A DNA stretch of 64,000 bases from Nitrospinaceae bacterium (lineage in GTDB: Bacteria; Nitrospinota; Nitrospinia; Nitrospinales; VA-1). The stretch covers positions 1 to 64,000 of the forward strand of contig JBHHVU010000010.1 of the NCBI GenBank assembly GCA_046754465.1. The letters are read 5' to 3'. Under the pieces are notes generated by a model. The model ran no database searches. It was not told the origin of the DNA and saw only the letters and a list, made by a program, of their open reading frames with translations. Each line of letters begins with the position of its first letter. The stretch's first letter is position 1. Position numbers and translations under genes: made by a program. Positions 40,356 to 49,739 of the stretch are shown in pieces.

Positions 40356-40450
40356 GATGGACGAAAAACATTCCTGATGATTGATGACCGCGTACGATTC
40401 GATGGCCAGCCTCCTTTCCTCTGCTAAACGAATGTGTTCACGGACTGGGT

Positions 40451-40936
40451 TTAACTCGTATACCGTCCCGAGGACAAACCTCCCTTGAACCGGGTCGGGG
40501 GAGGGGCTTCCCCACTGAGATTCCGCACCGCCCGGACCGAATCTTTGGTGATTCCTTCTTTATTGGATAAATCACCGTGACCGTATCGGTAATAAAAAAC
40601 CGCGGCCGTGCTGTGGGGCCTTTCGATACTGGTCCAGGAAGTGAACCCGCCGCCGGGTGAAAAATGCGAATCCAGGTGAATTTCGATCCGGTCCATATCC
40701 CGCAACGGAAAGTCCTCATCGTATAGGCTTTCCGCCTCCTCCAGGGTAGGGAGGCGCCAGTTGGTGTACCCCGCGAATTTTTTGATATTCAATTCACGGA
40801 TATACTCGCTTGCGTCGTACCAGTTCATCCATTTGCTGGTATCCTGAAAGGAATCGGTCTGTTTCCACATCAATTGGGTTTCATGATCAGTCACGGTACC
40901 GTCCCCATTATCAACGAACCTGTTTTTTGAATCCAA
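40451..40936 (-). CDS. DUF1566 (Lcl C-terminal domain) protein 1
   Basis: RFVDNGDGTVTD..T.LMW, FAGYTNWRLPT.EE, WTS, VRAVR. Confidence 0.9.
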   Translation of the reverse strand: MDSKNRFVDNGDGTVTDHETQLMWKQTDSFQDTSKWMNWYDASEYIRELNIKKFAGYTNWRLPTLEEAESLYDEDFPLRDMDRIEIHLDSHFSPGGGFTSWTSIERPHSTAAVFYYRYGHGDLSNKEGITKDSVRAVRNLSGEAPPPTRFKGGLSSGRYTS

Positions 40937-41029
40937 TTTCCGCCCTTTCTTCCCAATAAATTAAAACCCCGGAGGAAAATAATTCCTTCCCTGTTCAATT
41001 AGGGAATCCTGCTGATGGAAACGAATCCG

Positions 41030-41503
41030 TCATATCAGCCCGTCCTCCTTTTCAATGTCCCGAACCAGACGGGTGGAACCCCGCGAGGTTCGATAGATGT
41101 CGTCATGAATCTGGTGTCCTTTTCGGTAACCGAATCGGATGGCCTGGATTTTATTGCGGACCGTGCTGGTCCAGCAAAGGAATCCGAATCCCGGCTCGAA
41201 AATACTGACGTGGCGCACCACCTGACCCATGTGATCCTTGTTTTCCTGGTTTTTGTCAAAAAGACTTCTGGCCTCGTCGGCGGTAGGCATGCGCCAGCCC
41301 TGGAATCCGGCATATTGTTTCTTATTAAATTCCTCGGAAAATTCCCGGGCCTGGACCCAGTTCATCCACTTGCCGGTCAATTGCCAAGTGTCTTTCTTGA
41401 GCCAGAGCAGGCGTTTGACAGTATCGATGACGGTATCGTTCCTGCCCTCTAAGAATCGGGCACCTTTATTTATCTTTGAGGAGGCCGGGTTGGTATTATT
41501 CAT
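41030..41503 (-). CDS. DUF1566 protein 2
   Basis: TVID....LLW, YAGFQGWRMPT.DE, CWTS, RLVR. Confidence 0.88.
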   Translation of the reverse strand: MNNTNPASSKINKGARFLEGRNDTVIDTVKRLLWLKKDTWQLTGKWMNWVQAREFSEEFNKKQYAGFQGWRMPTADEARSLFDKNQENKDHMGQVVRHVSIFEPGFGFLCWTSTVRNKIQAIRFGYRKGHQIHDDIYRTSRGSTRLVRDIEKEDGLI

Positions 41504-41575
41504 GGACCTATCGATCTGGAAAAAACATTGTTTAAAAAATCCCGATCCCTTCTGGCCGGTATCCCTTGGCGAAAA

Positions 41576-42454
41576 TCATTCCTTAAGGGTTCGCACCGGA
41601 CGGACCCCGTGACTTCTCAGCCCCTGTTTATTCCACTTGTAATCCCCATTATAAAAGTGAAACCGCATGGCCAGGGTTTTATCGGTTTTATTGAGGGTTT
41701 TGGTCCAGCAAGTGAGACCGCATCCCGGGGGAAATCCCTTGACGATGAAAACGGTATCGCCATATTTGTCGGTAACTGGGTTTGAGGGGTCATAAAGCAT
41801 TTGTGCTTCCTTGCGGGTGGGCATTCGCCAGTCGCTGTAATTCGCGAACCGTTCCTTGTTCAATTCCACCAAGTACATTTTGGCTTCCTGCCAAGTCACC
41901 CACTTGTCCTTGTCAATATAGGAATCGGTGGCTTTCCACATCAATTTGGCGACGTGGTCGGTCACCGTTCCATCCTCGTTGTCGACGAAGCGTTCGATGC
42001 CCTCGTCACCCGAATCCTTTACATTTTTTCTAACGAGGCGGACCGCGCTGGGGAACCCGTCGTTTTCCTTGGCCAGCCAAAACTCGTAATTCGACCCGTA
42101 ATAGAAACCCAATGCCGCGTTGGCGCCGCGGGGTTAACTGGTCCAGGTGGGATACCCCCACCCCGATGGAAAGATGGAATTGAGGTGAATCTCCATCCCC
42201 TGAACATCCGTATTCGTGGCCTGGGGGTCGTACAGCGATTTGGCTTCCGAGGCCGTGGGGATCCGCCAATTATGGTATCCCGCGAACTTTTTTTCATTTA
42301 TTTTTTTGGAATACTCAAGGCTCTCGTGCCAGGTGATCAGTCTCCCCAACTCGATCCAGGTGTCTTTTTTAATCCACATGAGATCATGTTTCAGGTCGGT
42401 GATGGTTCCATCGCCGTTGTCAACGAATTCGGATTGTTTGGTTTTTGTATCCAT
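41576..42454 (-). pseudogene. Tandem two-domain DUF1566 gene interrupted by an in-frame TAA at 42134-42136
   Basis: ORFs 42134-42454 and 41576-42112 share a frame; read-through gives WTS*PRG...AVRLVR, completing domain 1, then a complete domain 2. Confidence 0.8.
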
Positions 42455-42479
42455 CAGGCTCGATTCAAGTTCTCAGTAA

Positions 42480-42965
42480 TTACCGGCGCACCGGCGGACG
42501 GGTATGGTCTCTTTTGACGGGGTCCTTCCGGCACAGTCTCACCGCGCCGAAACTGTATTCATCCGCCGTGGTGGTCGTTCCATCCATGAATTCGAAACGG
42601 GGACGCCGCGTGGAGGTGTCTCCCATGAGCCAGCTGAATTTGAAGGCTCCCTCGGGAAACAGGGGATCAATATGAATGGCCGCGCCGCCCTTCGCGGTAT
42701 TTTCAAGATTTTCGTCATAAAGAGTGACTGCGTCATTGAATGTGGGCAGCCGCCAGTCATTGAATCCGCCGATCTTCCGCATGTTTTTGTTGTCCGCGTA
42801 ATCCCGCGCCTCATGCCAGTTGAAGAATTTTCCTTTATCCTGCCAGGAATCCTTTTTCAGCCAGAAAATCCGAGTTTGATTGTCGAATATGACGTGGGGT
42901 CCCTTTTCCACGAAGCGTTTGGGTTTTGTGTCTTGTTCCTGGATTTGGGGAAGTTTTTCGTTCAT
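42480..42965 (-). CDS. DUF1566 protein 4
   Basis: IFDNQTRIFW, GGFNDWRLPT, IHIDPLF, AVRLCR. Confidence 0.88.
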   Translation of the reverse strand: MNEKLPQIQEQDTKPKRFVEKGPHVIFDNQTRIFWLKKDSWQDKGKFFNWHEARDYADNKNMRKIGGFNDWRLPTFNDAVTLYDENLENTAKGGAAIHIDPLFPEGAFKFSWLMGDTSTRRPRFEFMDGTTTTADEYSFGAVRLCRKDPVKRDHTRPPVRR

Positions 42966-43088
42966 TATGGACCTTCACCTCCAACTGGTTTGGATAAAAT
43001 CCTTTCCGGAATTCCCGCGTGCCAAAGACTCCCGGAAAAGAAATGAAATGGGTTTCCTCCCTGCAAGGAGGGTTTCCCGCTAGAAAAT

Positions 43089-43307
43089 TTATTCGGGGGC
43101 ATAACCGATTTCTACATTTCCCTCATCCACTTCCACAATTACGGGAACAACATACTGGCCGTTGGAATATTCCAGCAGTTTCTTGAGGCCGTGCGGGTTG
43201 GCATCCACATTAATGTAAATGAAGGATTTATTCTGCCTTAAGAAATCTTCTCGCGCCTTTTTGGTGTGCGGACAATTGTCCTTACCAAAAATTATGTAAT
43301 GACTCAT
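43089..43307 (-). CDS. Glutaredoxin-like protein (UXX-star-like, Cys form)
   Basis: IFGKDNCPHT..ARED, VPVIV, IGY; ends at TAA. Confidence 0.8.
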   Translation of the reverse strand: MSHYIIFGKDNCPHTKKAREDFLRQNKSFIYINVDANPHGLKKLLEYSNGQYVVPVIVEVDEGNVEIGYAPE

Positions 43308-43361
43308 AGTCGTTTTTGGGGACAAAAGGGATCAAATCCTCGATGCATCCGTTCCCGTGCC

Positions 43362-43994
43362 TCACCGTGCGAATTTTTTCGATTTATCACGCCATTCCGG
43401 TTCCCACTCGTCCTTCACTTCATCCCGGACGACGCGGACGTGGGAGTATTCATTGTCCTTATGTTCCCAGACATCGGTTCCCGTCACGTAACTGAACTTA
43501 AGGGCATATTGCTGGTAGTCCGGTTTTTCATCATAGGTCCAGGTATTGTGTCCCTGGCCCGAATCGAAAATGGAGTCGATATGGATTTCAGCGCCGTCCT
43601 TATCGTAATTGCTCTTGGTGAAGGAGAAGAGGGTTTTCGCGTCCTCGAAACTGGCAAGCCGCCAATCGTCATAGCCGGCAAAGTTTTTTTCATTCAGCGA
43701 CTCGCAATAATCGTGAGCCTCGAACCAATTGATGCCATAACCGAATTCTCCGTAGGAGTCCGATTTTTTCCACATCAGGTTATTTCGGGGGTCGCTGATC
43801 GTGCCGTTTCCATTATCGACAAGGGTGGGAACTTCTTCTTCAGCCAGGGCCTCCTCGTCTTCTTCCAACCACTCTTCTTCCCCGATCCATTCTTCCCCGG
43901 CGTACTCCTCCTCATCTTCCTGATGGCTGGGGTTTTTCTCTTCGGTTTTTTCTTCGTTGAGTTTCTGTTCGTTGAGTTTTTTTTCGTCGGACAT
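43362..43994 (-). CDS. DUF1566 protein 5 with acidic N-terminal extension
   Basis: E-rich leader of about 55 aa; VDNGNGTISD, FAGYDDWRL, HVRVVR. Confidence 0.9.
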   Translation of the reverse strand: MSDEKKLNEQKLNEEKTEEKNPSHQEDEEEYAGEEWIGEEEWLEEDEEALAEEEVPTLVDNGNGTISDPRNNLMWKKSDSYGEFGYGINWFEAHDYCESLNEKNFAGYDDWRLASFEDAKTLFSFTKSNYDKDGAEIHIDSIFDSGQGHNTWTYDEKPDYQQYALKFSYVTGTDVWEHKDNEYSHVRVVRDEVKDEWEPEWRDKSKKFAR

Positions 43995-44092
43995 GGTTTT
44001 TACCTATAACTTATCAAAGGTCCAAATGGGTTTCCGTGATATCCCGGATGAAGGATCCGGTGAAATTATTGATCCGAAGGGCAGTCTCTTTT

Positions 44093-44533
44093 TCATATGT
44101 CGCGTACCAGCCGGGCCGATGTCCCCGTGGTCGATACGCTTTGTTCGACACAAACCTCCCGCTTGATTGGAAAATAACTCTTCCAGGCATAGGAATCGAA
44201 CCGTGTTTCACAAGTCCAGAGACTGGTTTCCCCTCCCGCCTGGTAGTTGGCCACCCGTCGCGAAGGTTTCTTGGGTTGCTTTAAAAAAATTTCCCGGTAT
44301 GCATCCTGGTCCCGGAACAAGGAACGCACTTCGCTTTTGGTGGGAAGCCTCCAATTGTCATATCCCAAATATTTCTGTTCGTTGCAGGCTTTGACGAAGG
44401 CATTGGCCTCATCCCAATTGAGCCATTTTGCCAGTTCCTGGCGGGAGTCCTTGATAGCCCACTGCAAATCTTCCTCGGTGTCAGTTACCGTACCATCACC
44501 GTTGATAATAAAATGTTTGACTGTCTCTGGCAA
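44093..44533 (-). CDS. DUF1566 protein 6
   Basis: NGDGTVTD...LQW, LGYDNWRLPT.SE, LWT, ARLVR. Confidence 0.88.
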   Translation of the reverse strand: MPETVKHFIINGDGTVTDTEEDLQWAIKDSRQELAKWLNWDEANAFVKACNEQKYLGYDNWRLPTKSEVRSLFRDQDAYREIFLKQPKKPSRRVANYQAGGETSLWTCETRFDSYAWKSYFPIKREVCVEQSVSTTGTSARLVRDI

Positions 44534-44714
44534 GGCAAACCCTTTTTTTTCGAATACGAAGGAAAATAAAAAAACACTCTATTCTTTGCGTTCATTCATT
44601 CCGGATGAAAACCATCTTGCTCCAACAATATACCTTTGGCGCAATCATCTGGAACAGGCCAAACATAATTGAATGAAATGAAGAACTAAAGTGTTCTCAA
44701 TCCTGGACAATAGT

Positions 44715-44744
44715 ATTGTACTGGGTCAGGGGATTTAATTTCAA
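44715..44744 (-). promoter_or_regulatory. Sigma70-type promoter upstream of a structured leader
   Basis: Minus strand TTGAAA-N18-TACAAT. Confidence 0.5.
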
Positions 44745-44941
44745 TAAGGTAACACCAGGAGGGTAAATTTTCAAGCCAAATTCAAGAGAAAAGAAAACCC
44801 GGAAACCCGTTTGCCCGGTGCGGAAAGGCATTCTCCGGGCTCCCGTTCAATTCTTCCATTGCGGAAGGGGGATGGAAAAAACAAAAAGGGCATGTTAGGA
44901 AACAGTCCCAATATCTGAATACCGGTTTGGGGAAGGTGCGG

Positions 44942-45436
44942 TCAACGCCACCCGCCTCCCTGAACAACCCGGTCCCGGACGGCCGGCGGATTTTCCAACT
45001 TGATGGAAGGGTTCAAGGTGCCCCGGACCAGACGCACACTGGTGTTCAGAAGGTCTCCAGCTTCCTTGTGCCCCCCGGACCCGCTGTTGAATGAATAAAC
45101 ATACGCGGTAATTTTGCCGCGGGTGTTGCTGGTCCAGGTATCGTATCCACATCCCGGTCCAAAAACGGGGTCGATGTGGATATCCATTTCGTATTTATCT
45201 TGCAAAGCTTTATTTTTATCAAACAGGGTATGGGCCTCCTTCTTGTCGGGAAGCCGCCAGTCCGTATATCCCGCGAATGCTTCCTTATTTTTTTGATCCC
45301 TGAATTTGATGGCTTGGGCATGAGTTAAAAATTTTTTCAAATCCAGATAGGAGTCATTTTTGGCCCACATCAGATGGGTCAGACTGTCGGTAATCGTGCC
45401 ATCCCCGTTATCGATGAATCGTTGCCCGTCGGTCAT
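44942..45436 (-). CDS. DUF1566 protein 7
   Basis: RFIDNGDGTITD..T.LMW, FAGYTDWRLP, TWTS, VRLVR; RBS AAGGAGG. Confidence 0.9.
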   Translation of the reverse strand: MTDGQRFIDNGDGTITDSLTHLMWAKNDSYLDLKKFLTHAQAIKFRDQKNKEAFAGYTDWRLPDKKEAHTLFDKNKALQDKYEMDIHIDPVFGPGCGYDTWTSNTRGKITAYVYSFNSGSGGHKEAGDLLNTSVRLVRGTLNPSIKLENPPAVRDRVVQGGGWR

Positions 45437-45488
45437 GCAAAAGACCTCCTTGTTTTTCGGTGGCATCCAGGTGTTTCAAAGAAAGCGG

Positions 45489-45521
45489 AAAAAAAAACCG
45501 GGAGGCAAGAGCCTCCCGGTT
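45489..45521 (-). terminator. Intrinsic terminator
   Basis: AACCGGGAGGC-tctt-GCCTCCCGGTT plus U-run on the minus strand. Confidence 0.8.
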
Positions 45522-45542
45522 AAAATTCATGCAACCAAGCAA

Positions 45543-46031
45543 TTACCTTTGACTTTCAGGCTTCTCTCCAGTCACACCAGCGATTCCCCTTTCCGTACCT
45601 TCGGGCATACCAAAACCCGGCTCGATGTACGTAAAGGGTTTAACATGGTCCAGATGATAATTGGTCTGGTAGGTTTTTCCGGAACCGGCATCCATTCTCC
45701 AGTCGTGGCGATCGTATCGCTGTCGCTGGCAATTCACGGAAATGAGGCCGGGACCTTTATTGGTAATGATAGATTTTTGGGCAATGGCGTTGGTCTCGTA
45801 TCCACCCGGAGGCAAAGTCGCCTTAAAAATCTTTTTCCACGCGTAAGCGAAGGGACCGATATCGAACTCAATATTGGTGTCCTGGGTTTCACTCAGGTTG
45901 TAAGCGATCCACGATGCATTTTCACAGATTGCTTTGCCGCCCGGCGAAACTTCCACCACGTTGGCGCTGGCGATGGCGATAAAACCAAAAAATACAAATA
46001 TAGTGGTTAAACTGGCAGCCGTCCTTCTCAT
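45543..46031 (-). CDS. Secreted hypothetical protein
   Basis: Sec signal peptide MRRTAASLTTIFVFFGFIAIASA; two Cys; own terminator. Confidence 0.8.
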   Translation of the reverse strand: MRRTAASLTTIFVFFGFIAIASANVVEVSPGGKAICENASWIAYNLSETQDTNIEFDIGPFAYAWKKIFKATLPPGGYETNAIAQKSIITNKGPGLISVNCQRQRYDRHDWRMDAGSGKTYQTNYHLDHVKPFTYIEPGFGMPEGTERGIAGVTGEKPESQR

Positions 46032-46352
46032 GTGCTCCCCCTTTCCAAAAAAAGCGGAATTAAACAGGATAAAATCAAGTCAAACAAGAACTCCTAGTTT
46101 CGAATACCACCTCCCGTCGGCATTTCCAATTCTCTAATTTATTCAAAAAGATTCCAAAAGTAAAGAATCAATATTTCTGACGGATTTATCCCTTCCAATT
46201 TACATTGGCTTTTTAGAGTCGCCCGAAAATAACAAACCCTTTACGAGAAGTCAAGATTTAAATTAAGGGGGAAACCCCTTTCAGGATAATCCTTTAAAAA
46301 AGAAAAAGTTAAAATAAAAAAACTTCCCGGGCGGTGATGCCGGTTCCAGACT

Positions 46353-46748
46353 TTATCTTTTGAATTTTAAGGAGGTCAGGTTCATCAGGTTCAGGGAGTT
46401 CCTCAACAGCTTTTCTCCGTCTTCGGTGATATCGTTGACCACGAGCTGAATACTCCGCAAGTTCTTTAAATACTTGGCGTTGGAAAGATGGCGGGCCCCC
46501 TCGTCGCCGATTCCGTTGGACGCCAGATTCAGGGTACGCAAATTGGAGAAAATCGGCGCTTCGGTGAGGGCGCGGACTCCATCGTCACCAATGCTGTTTT
46601 GCGACAAGTCCAGGGCCTGGAGACTGTGGAGGCATTCCACCTTTGCCAGGGCGCGAACTCCAACTTCCCGGATAAACTTGGCTTTCAAGCTCAAGACTTG
46701 TCCATCGCTACTCAGATTTTGCCTGACGAGTTCTTCGATATCCGCCAT
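46353..46748 (-). CDS. Small leucine-rich repeat protein (RI/GALA-like)
   Basis: LxxLxLxxNxIGDxG repeats. Confidence 0.88.
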   Translation of the reverse strand: MADIEELVRQNLSSDGQVLSLKAKFIREVGVRALAKVECLHSLQALDLSQNSIGDDGVRALTEAPIFSNLRTLNLASNGIGDEGARHLSNAKYLKNLRSIQLVVNDITEDGEKLLRNSLNLMNLTSLKFKR

Positions 46749-46800
46749 TTTGGTTTCCTAATGGAAAAAAAATTTACCCATGGATTTGTCCTACCGGAAG

Positions 46801-47634
46801 TTATCCGATCCCCGGAATGTCCTTGGCCTCGAATCCGTATTCATCGAAGGCTTTCCAACCCTCCTGAAGCATTTTTTTGGCGTACTTTACCATCAGGACG
46901 GCTTGCGAATGATTGGGATCGATGTCCAGGGTTTTTTTCAAATGCCGCAGGGCATTTTTGACATCCTTGATTTCATCTCCATAATGCTCGATTTGCCGGG
47001 ATTTGTCGATGAGGTCTGAAGCCCATTTGTAATACGTGTCAGCGATTTGCCGGGGCGCGTTCTTACTGACAAATTCCACAATTTCGTCATCGGCCTTCAA
47101 CCGGTCCAAATCCTGGATCGCCGCCTCAAATTCCTGAATGGGAATTTCGTAATCCTCCCCGTTGACTTGGGTGATGGTGTCACCCGCCTTGTGGGCGGAA
47201 TGCAGTCCCACCGAGCTGCGCACCACCGTTCCCTGGATGCCGGCGATCAACTGGTTATAATGGAGGTTGCCGATGGCGAAATGAATAATGGAACTGAACT
47301 CCTTGTTGTTATCATATTTTAAAGCCAATTCGAATTCCGCCTTGGCTTCGTCATGTTGTTCCAGTTCCTCCAGCGCTTCGCCCAGGTTGTAGTGATGAAC
47401 GCAGTTTTCCGGTTCTTCCTCGATCTGGTCGCGGAAAAACTCGATTTGGGCATCAAGGTCGAAATCGCCTTCTTCCTCCTCCTCTTCCTCGAACCCGGTT
47501 TCCTGGTCCAGCGCTTCCCCAGTGTCCGGTTCGGGTTCTCCGCCGGGCGGCCCGGCAATCCCGGGATCTAATGCTTCCGCCGCCGAATCCTCTTCCTCGG
47601 GGGGGAGGTCATCCTTTTTTTCTTCTGGGTTCAT
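46801..47634 (-). CDS. TPR protein with poly-acidic N-terminus
   Basis: EEEEEEEGDFDLD; HHYNLGEAL, HFAIGNLHY, LDIDPNH. Confidence 0.85.
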   Translation of the reverse strand: MNPEEKKDDLPPEEEDSAAEALDPGIAGPPGGEPEPDTGEALDQETGFEEEEEEEGDFDLDAQIEFFRDQIEEEPENCVHHYNLGEALEELEQHDEAKAEFELALKYDNNKEFSSIIHFAIGNLHYNQLIAGIQGTVVRSSVGLHSAHKAGDTITQVNGEDYEIPIQEFEAAIQDLDRLKADDEIVEFVSKNAPRQIADTYYKWASDLIDKSRQIEHYGDEIKDVKNALRHLKKTLDIDPNHSQAVLMVKYAKKMLQEGWKAFDEYGFEAKDIPGIG

Positions 47635-47734
47635 GGTCCGCCGATAAGCAATGTTTTTAATTCACCGAAAGGGTATTTTGAAATTTTACCAGACCTTCCA
47701 CCCTCTCAGTGAAAAAAACTCTTGCTGGGTCCCC

Positions 47735-48358
47735 TCATTTTTTTTCAGCCGCTTCCCGGTTGGAGTGGATGAATCTCACCGCGCGGATGACCGACAGGGA
47801 CAGACCGGGACCTTCCTTGGGACTGGGATAAGCTTTTCCGCGGATGAAGTTGAAGGTCCACGCGTAAATGTCCTTATGGGTTTCACTGGTCCAGAAGCAG
47901 CAACTGGTGTATCCGAAAATGGGATCGATGTGCAACTTATTGGTGGTCCAATAATAATCCCAGGGGATGCTTTTGCTCTCGTCATACAAGGTCTTCAGCT
48001 CTTTCCGGGTGGGGAGCCTCCAGTCGTCGTGTCCGGCGAAATGGCTTCCATTGATTTTATTTATGTAGTCGTGGGCCATTTTCCAGTTGAGCCATTGTTT
48101 GAGTTCCTGATAGGAATCCTGCTGTTTCCACATCAATCCTTCCTTCAAATCGGTCACCGTTCCATCCTTGTTGTCTTGAAACCGGGGATCGTTGGAAGGT
48201 TCCAGCACCTTTTTAGGCTCGGTCAGGGAACGGATCTGGCCTCCGAAAATGGGGTCTTTCCCCTGGCCCTCGCCCGCCGCCCAGGAAATCCCCATCGGGA
48301 CCATGGGGAGGAATGATAAGCAAACCGAAATAATGACAACCTGGACACTGATTTTCAT
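47735..48358 (-). CDS. DUF1566 protein 8, with signal peptide
   Basis: Hydrophobic leader MKISVQVVIISVCLSF...SWA; RFQDNKDGTVTD, FAGHDDWRLPT..EL, FWTSE, IRAVR. Confidence 0.9.
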   Translation of the reverse strand: MKISVQVVIISVCLSFLPMVPMGISWAAGEGQGKDPIFGGQIRSLTEPKKVLEPSNDPRFQDNKDGTVTDLKEGLMWKQQDSYQELKQWLNWKMAHDYINKINGSHFAGHDDWRLPTRKELKTLYDESKSIPWDYYWTTNKLHIDPIFGYTSCCFWTSETHKDIYAWTFNFIRGKAYPSPKEGPGLSLSVIRAVRFIHSNREAAEKK

Positions 48359-48392
48359 TTCAAGTCCCTTGCGGATGGTAAACCCGACACTC

Positions 48393-49409
48393 TTAATTCT
48401 CCTGTGGCGCCCAGTCTGGCTCCCACGAAAGGCACAAACCGGCTGGGTTGTGGAACTGACCGGTTTCTTTTCCAATGATACCCCAGGTGGAAACAAAGTT
48501 CATTTCCGGATCGAACTTTTGTATTCTCTGGTTGATGGTATCGACCACGAATACGTATCCGTAAGGGTCCTCCACCACCGCCATGGGACAGTTGAACTGT
48601 CCCTCCCGCTTGCCCATTTCACCCATCACGCCCAAGGATTTTCCCTCACGGGTGAAGATCTGCAGGCGGTTCTGACTTTTTTCGGCCACCAGGATCGTGC
48701 CGTCCTTGCGGACGGTCAAACCCGTAGGGAAATTCAGCCTTCCGGCCTCGAACCCGTATTCCCCGAACTTGGCAACAAACTGGCCGTCTTCATTAAAAAC
48801 CTGGATCCTCTGGTTGTCCCGGTCTGCAACGTAGATATTTCCTTCCTTATCCAAAGCGATTCCCGTGGGAAACTTGAGGAAGCCGTCGAAATCCCCCGCG
48901 AAACCGAAGCTCAGAAGGAAATCCCCATCATCGTCGTAGCGTTTGACGCAATGGTTGGAGGTATCGGCGACAAGAATGGTGCCCGTCGGTTCCGCGAGAA
49001 TGGCTTCGGGCCAGTAAAACTTTTCTTGTCCCCAGCCCTCGCCGCCGAATTCGTGAAGGAAGTCTCCATCGGGATCGAATTTCTGGATTCGGTGGCAGCC
49101 CGTATCGGCCACCCAGATGTTTCCGTTGTAATCCACCGCCACCGACCCCGGGGTTTTGAACTCGCCCGGATTGTATGGGGGCCGCGTTCCGCCCGGGCGG
49201 CCAAAGGCAAAAAGAAATTTGCCATTTCCGTCAAACTTTTGAATGCGATCGTTGCCCGTATCGGCGACCCACACATACAATTTGGAGTGGTCGACTTCGA
49301 TCTTTTCCGGGAGTTCTTCAGGGAGGATCTCCGTTTCAACCACTTCGAGGGCCTGGGACTCCTCCATCTCCGTTTGGTCCGCGGTTTCGTCTTGATTCTC
49401 TTTAGACAT
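48393..49409 (-). CDS. NHL-repeat beta-propeller with acidic N-terminus
   Basis: Six (V/W)AD..N.R(I/V)Q.F...G repeats with F..P.G(I/V)A motifs. Confidence 0.92.
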   Translation of the reverse strand: MSKENQDETADQTEMEESQALEVVETEILPEELPEKIEVDHSKLYVWVADTGNDRIQKFDGNGKFLFAFGRPGGTRPPYNPGEFKTPGSVAVDYNGNIWVADTGCHRIQKFDPDGDFLHEFGGEGWGQEKFYWPEAILAEPTGTILVADTSNHCVKRYDDDGDFLLSFGFAGDFDGFLKFPTGIALDKEGNIYVADRDNQRIQVFNEDGQFVAKFGEYGFEAGRLNFPTGLTVRKDGTILVAEKSQNRLQIFTREGKSLGVMGEMGKREGQFNCPMAVVEDPYGYVFVVDTINQRIQKFDPEMNFVSTWGIIGKETGQFHNPAGLCLSWEPDWAPQEN

Positions 49410-49739
49410 GGGACTCCATCAAAAGGGTGAAAGGTTCCCCTTCATAAAATTCCAGCGAAAAGGTTCATCGAATCCGGGGCTACCCGGAGTGCGATGTCCG
49501 GCAAACGCAACTATTTGGGATAAGACCCCTCCCGGACTTTTTCGCCGGGAAAATTTTTTGGGTAAAGTGACGGGACTCAACCATGAAAAATGGCCAAGGC
49601 GGGAATTCCGGCTGAAAGCAACCGGCCGATTCCCAAGGGGGACCGCCCTGAACACCACGGGGGTTGGATATTAAATTATTGGGGAAAACCCTGACGGTTT
49701 TTTCCGCGCCCAAGCATTTTCCACGGCTTATCCGCACTT

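Noticed and set aside
43089..43325. Selenoprotein (UXX-star) with UGA read-through
   Set aside because: The active site is Cys (CPHT) and the ORF ends in TAA, without the C-terminal UXX motif
40451..48358. Complete diversity-generating retroelement targeting the DUF1566 genes
   Set aside because: No reverse transcriptase, Avd, or near-identical TR/VR pair seen in the window; paralogs are diverged throughout
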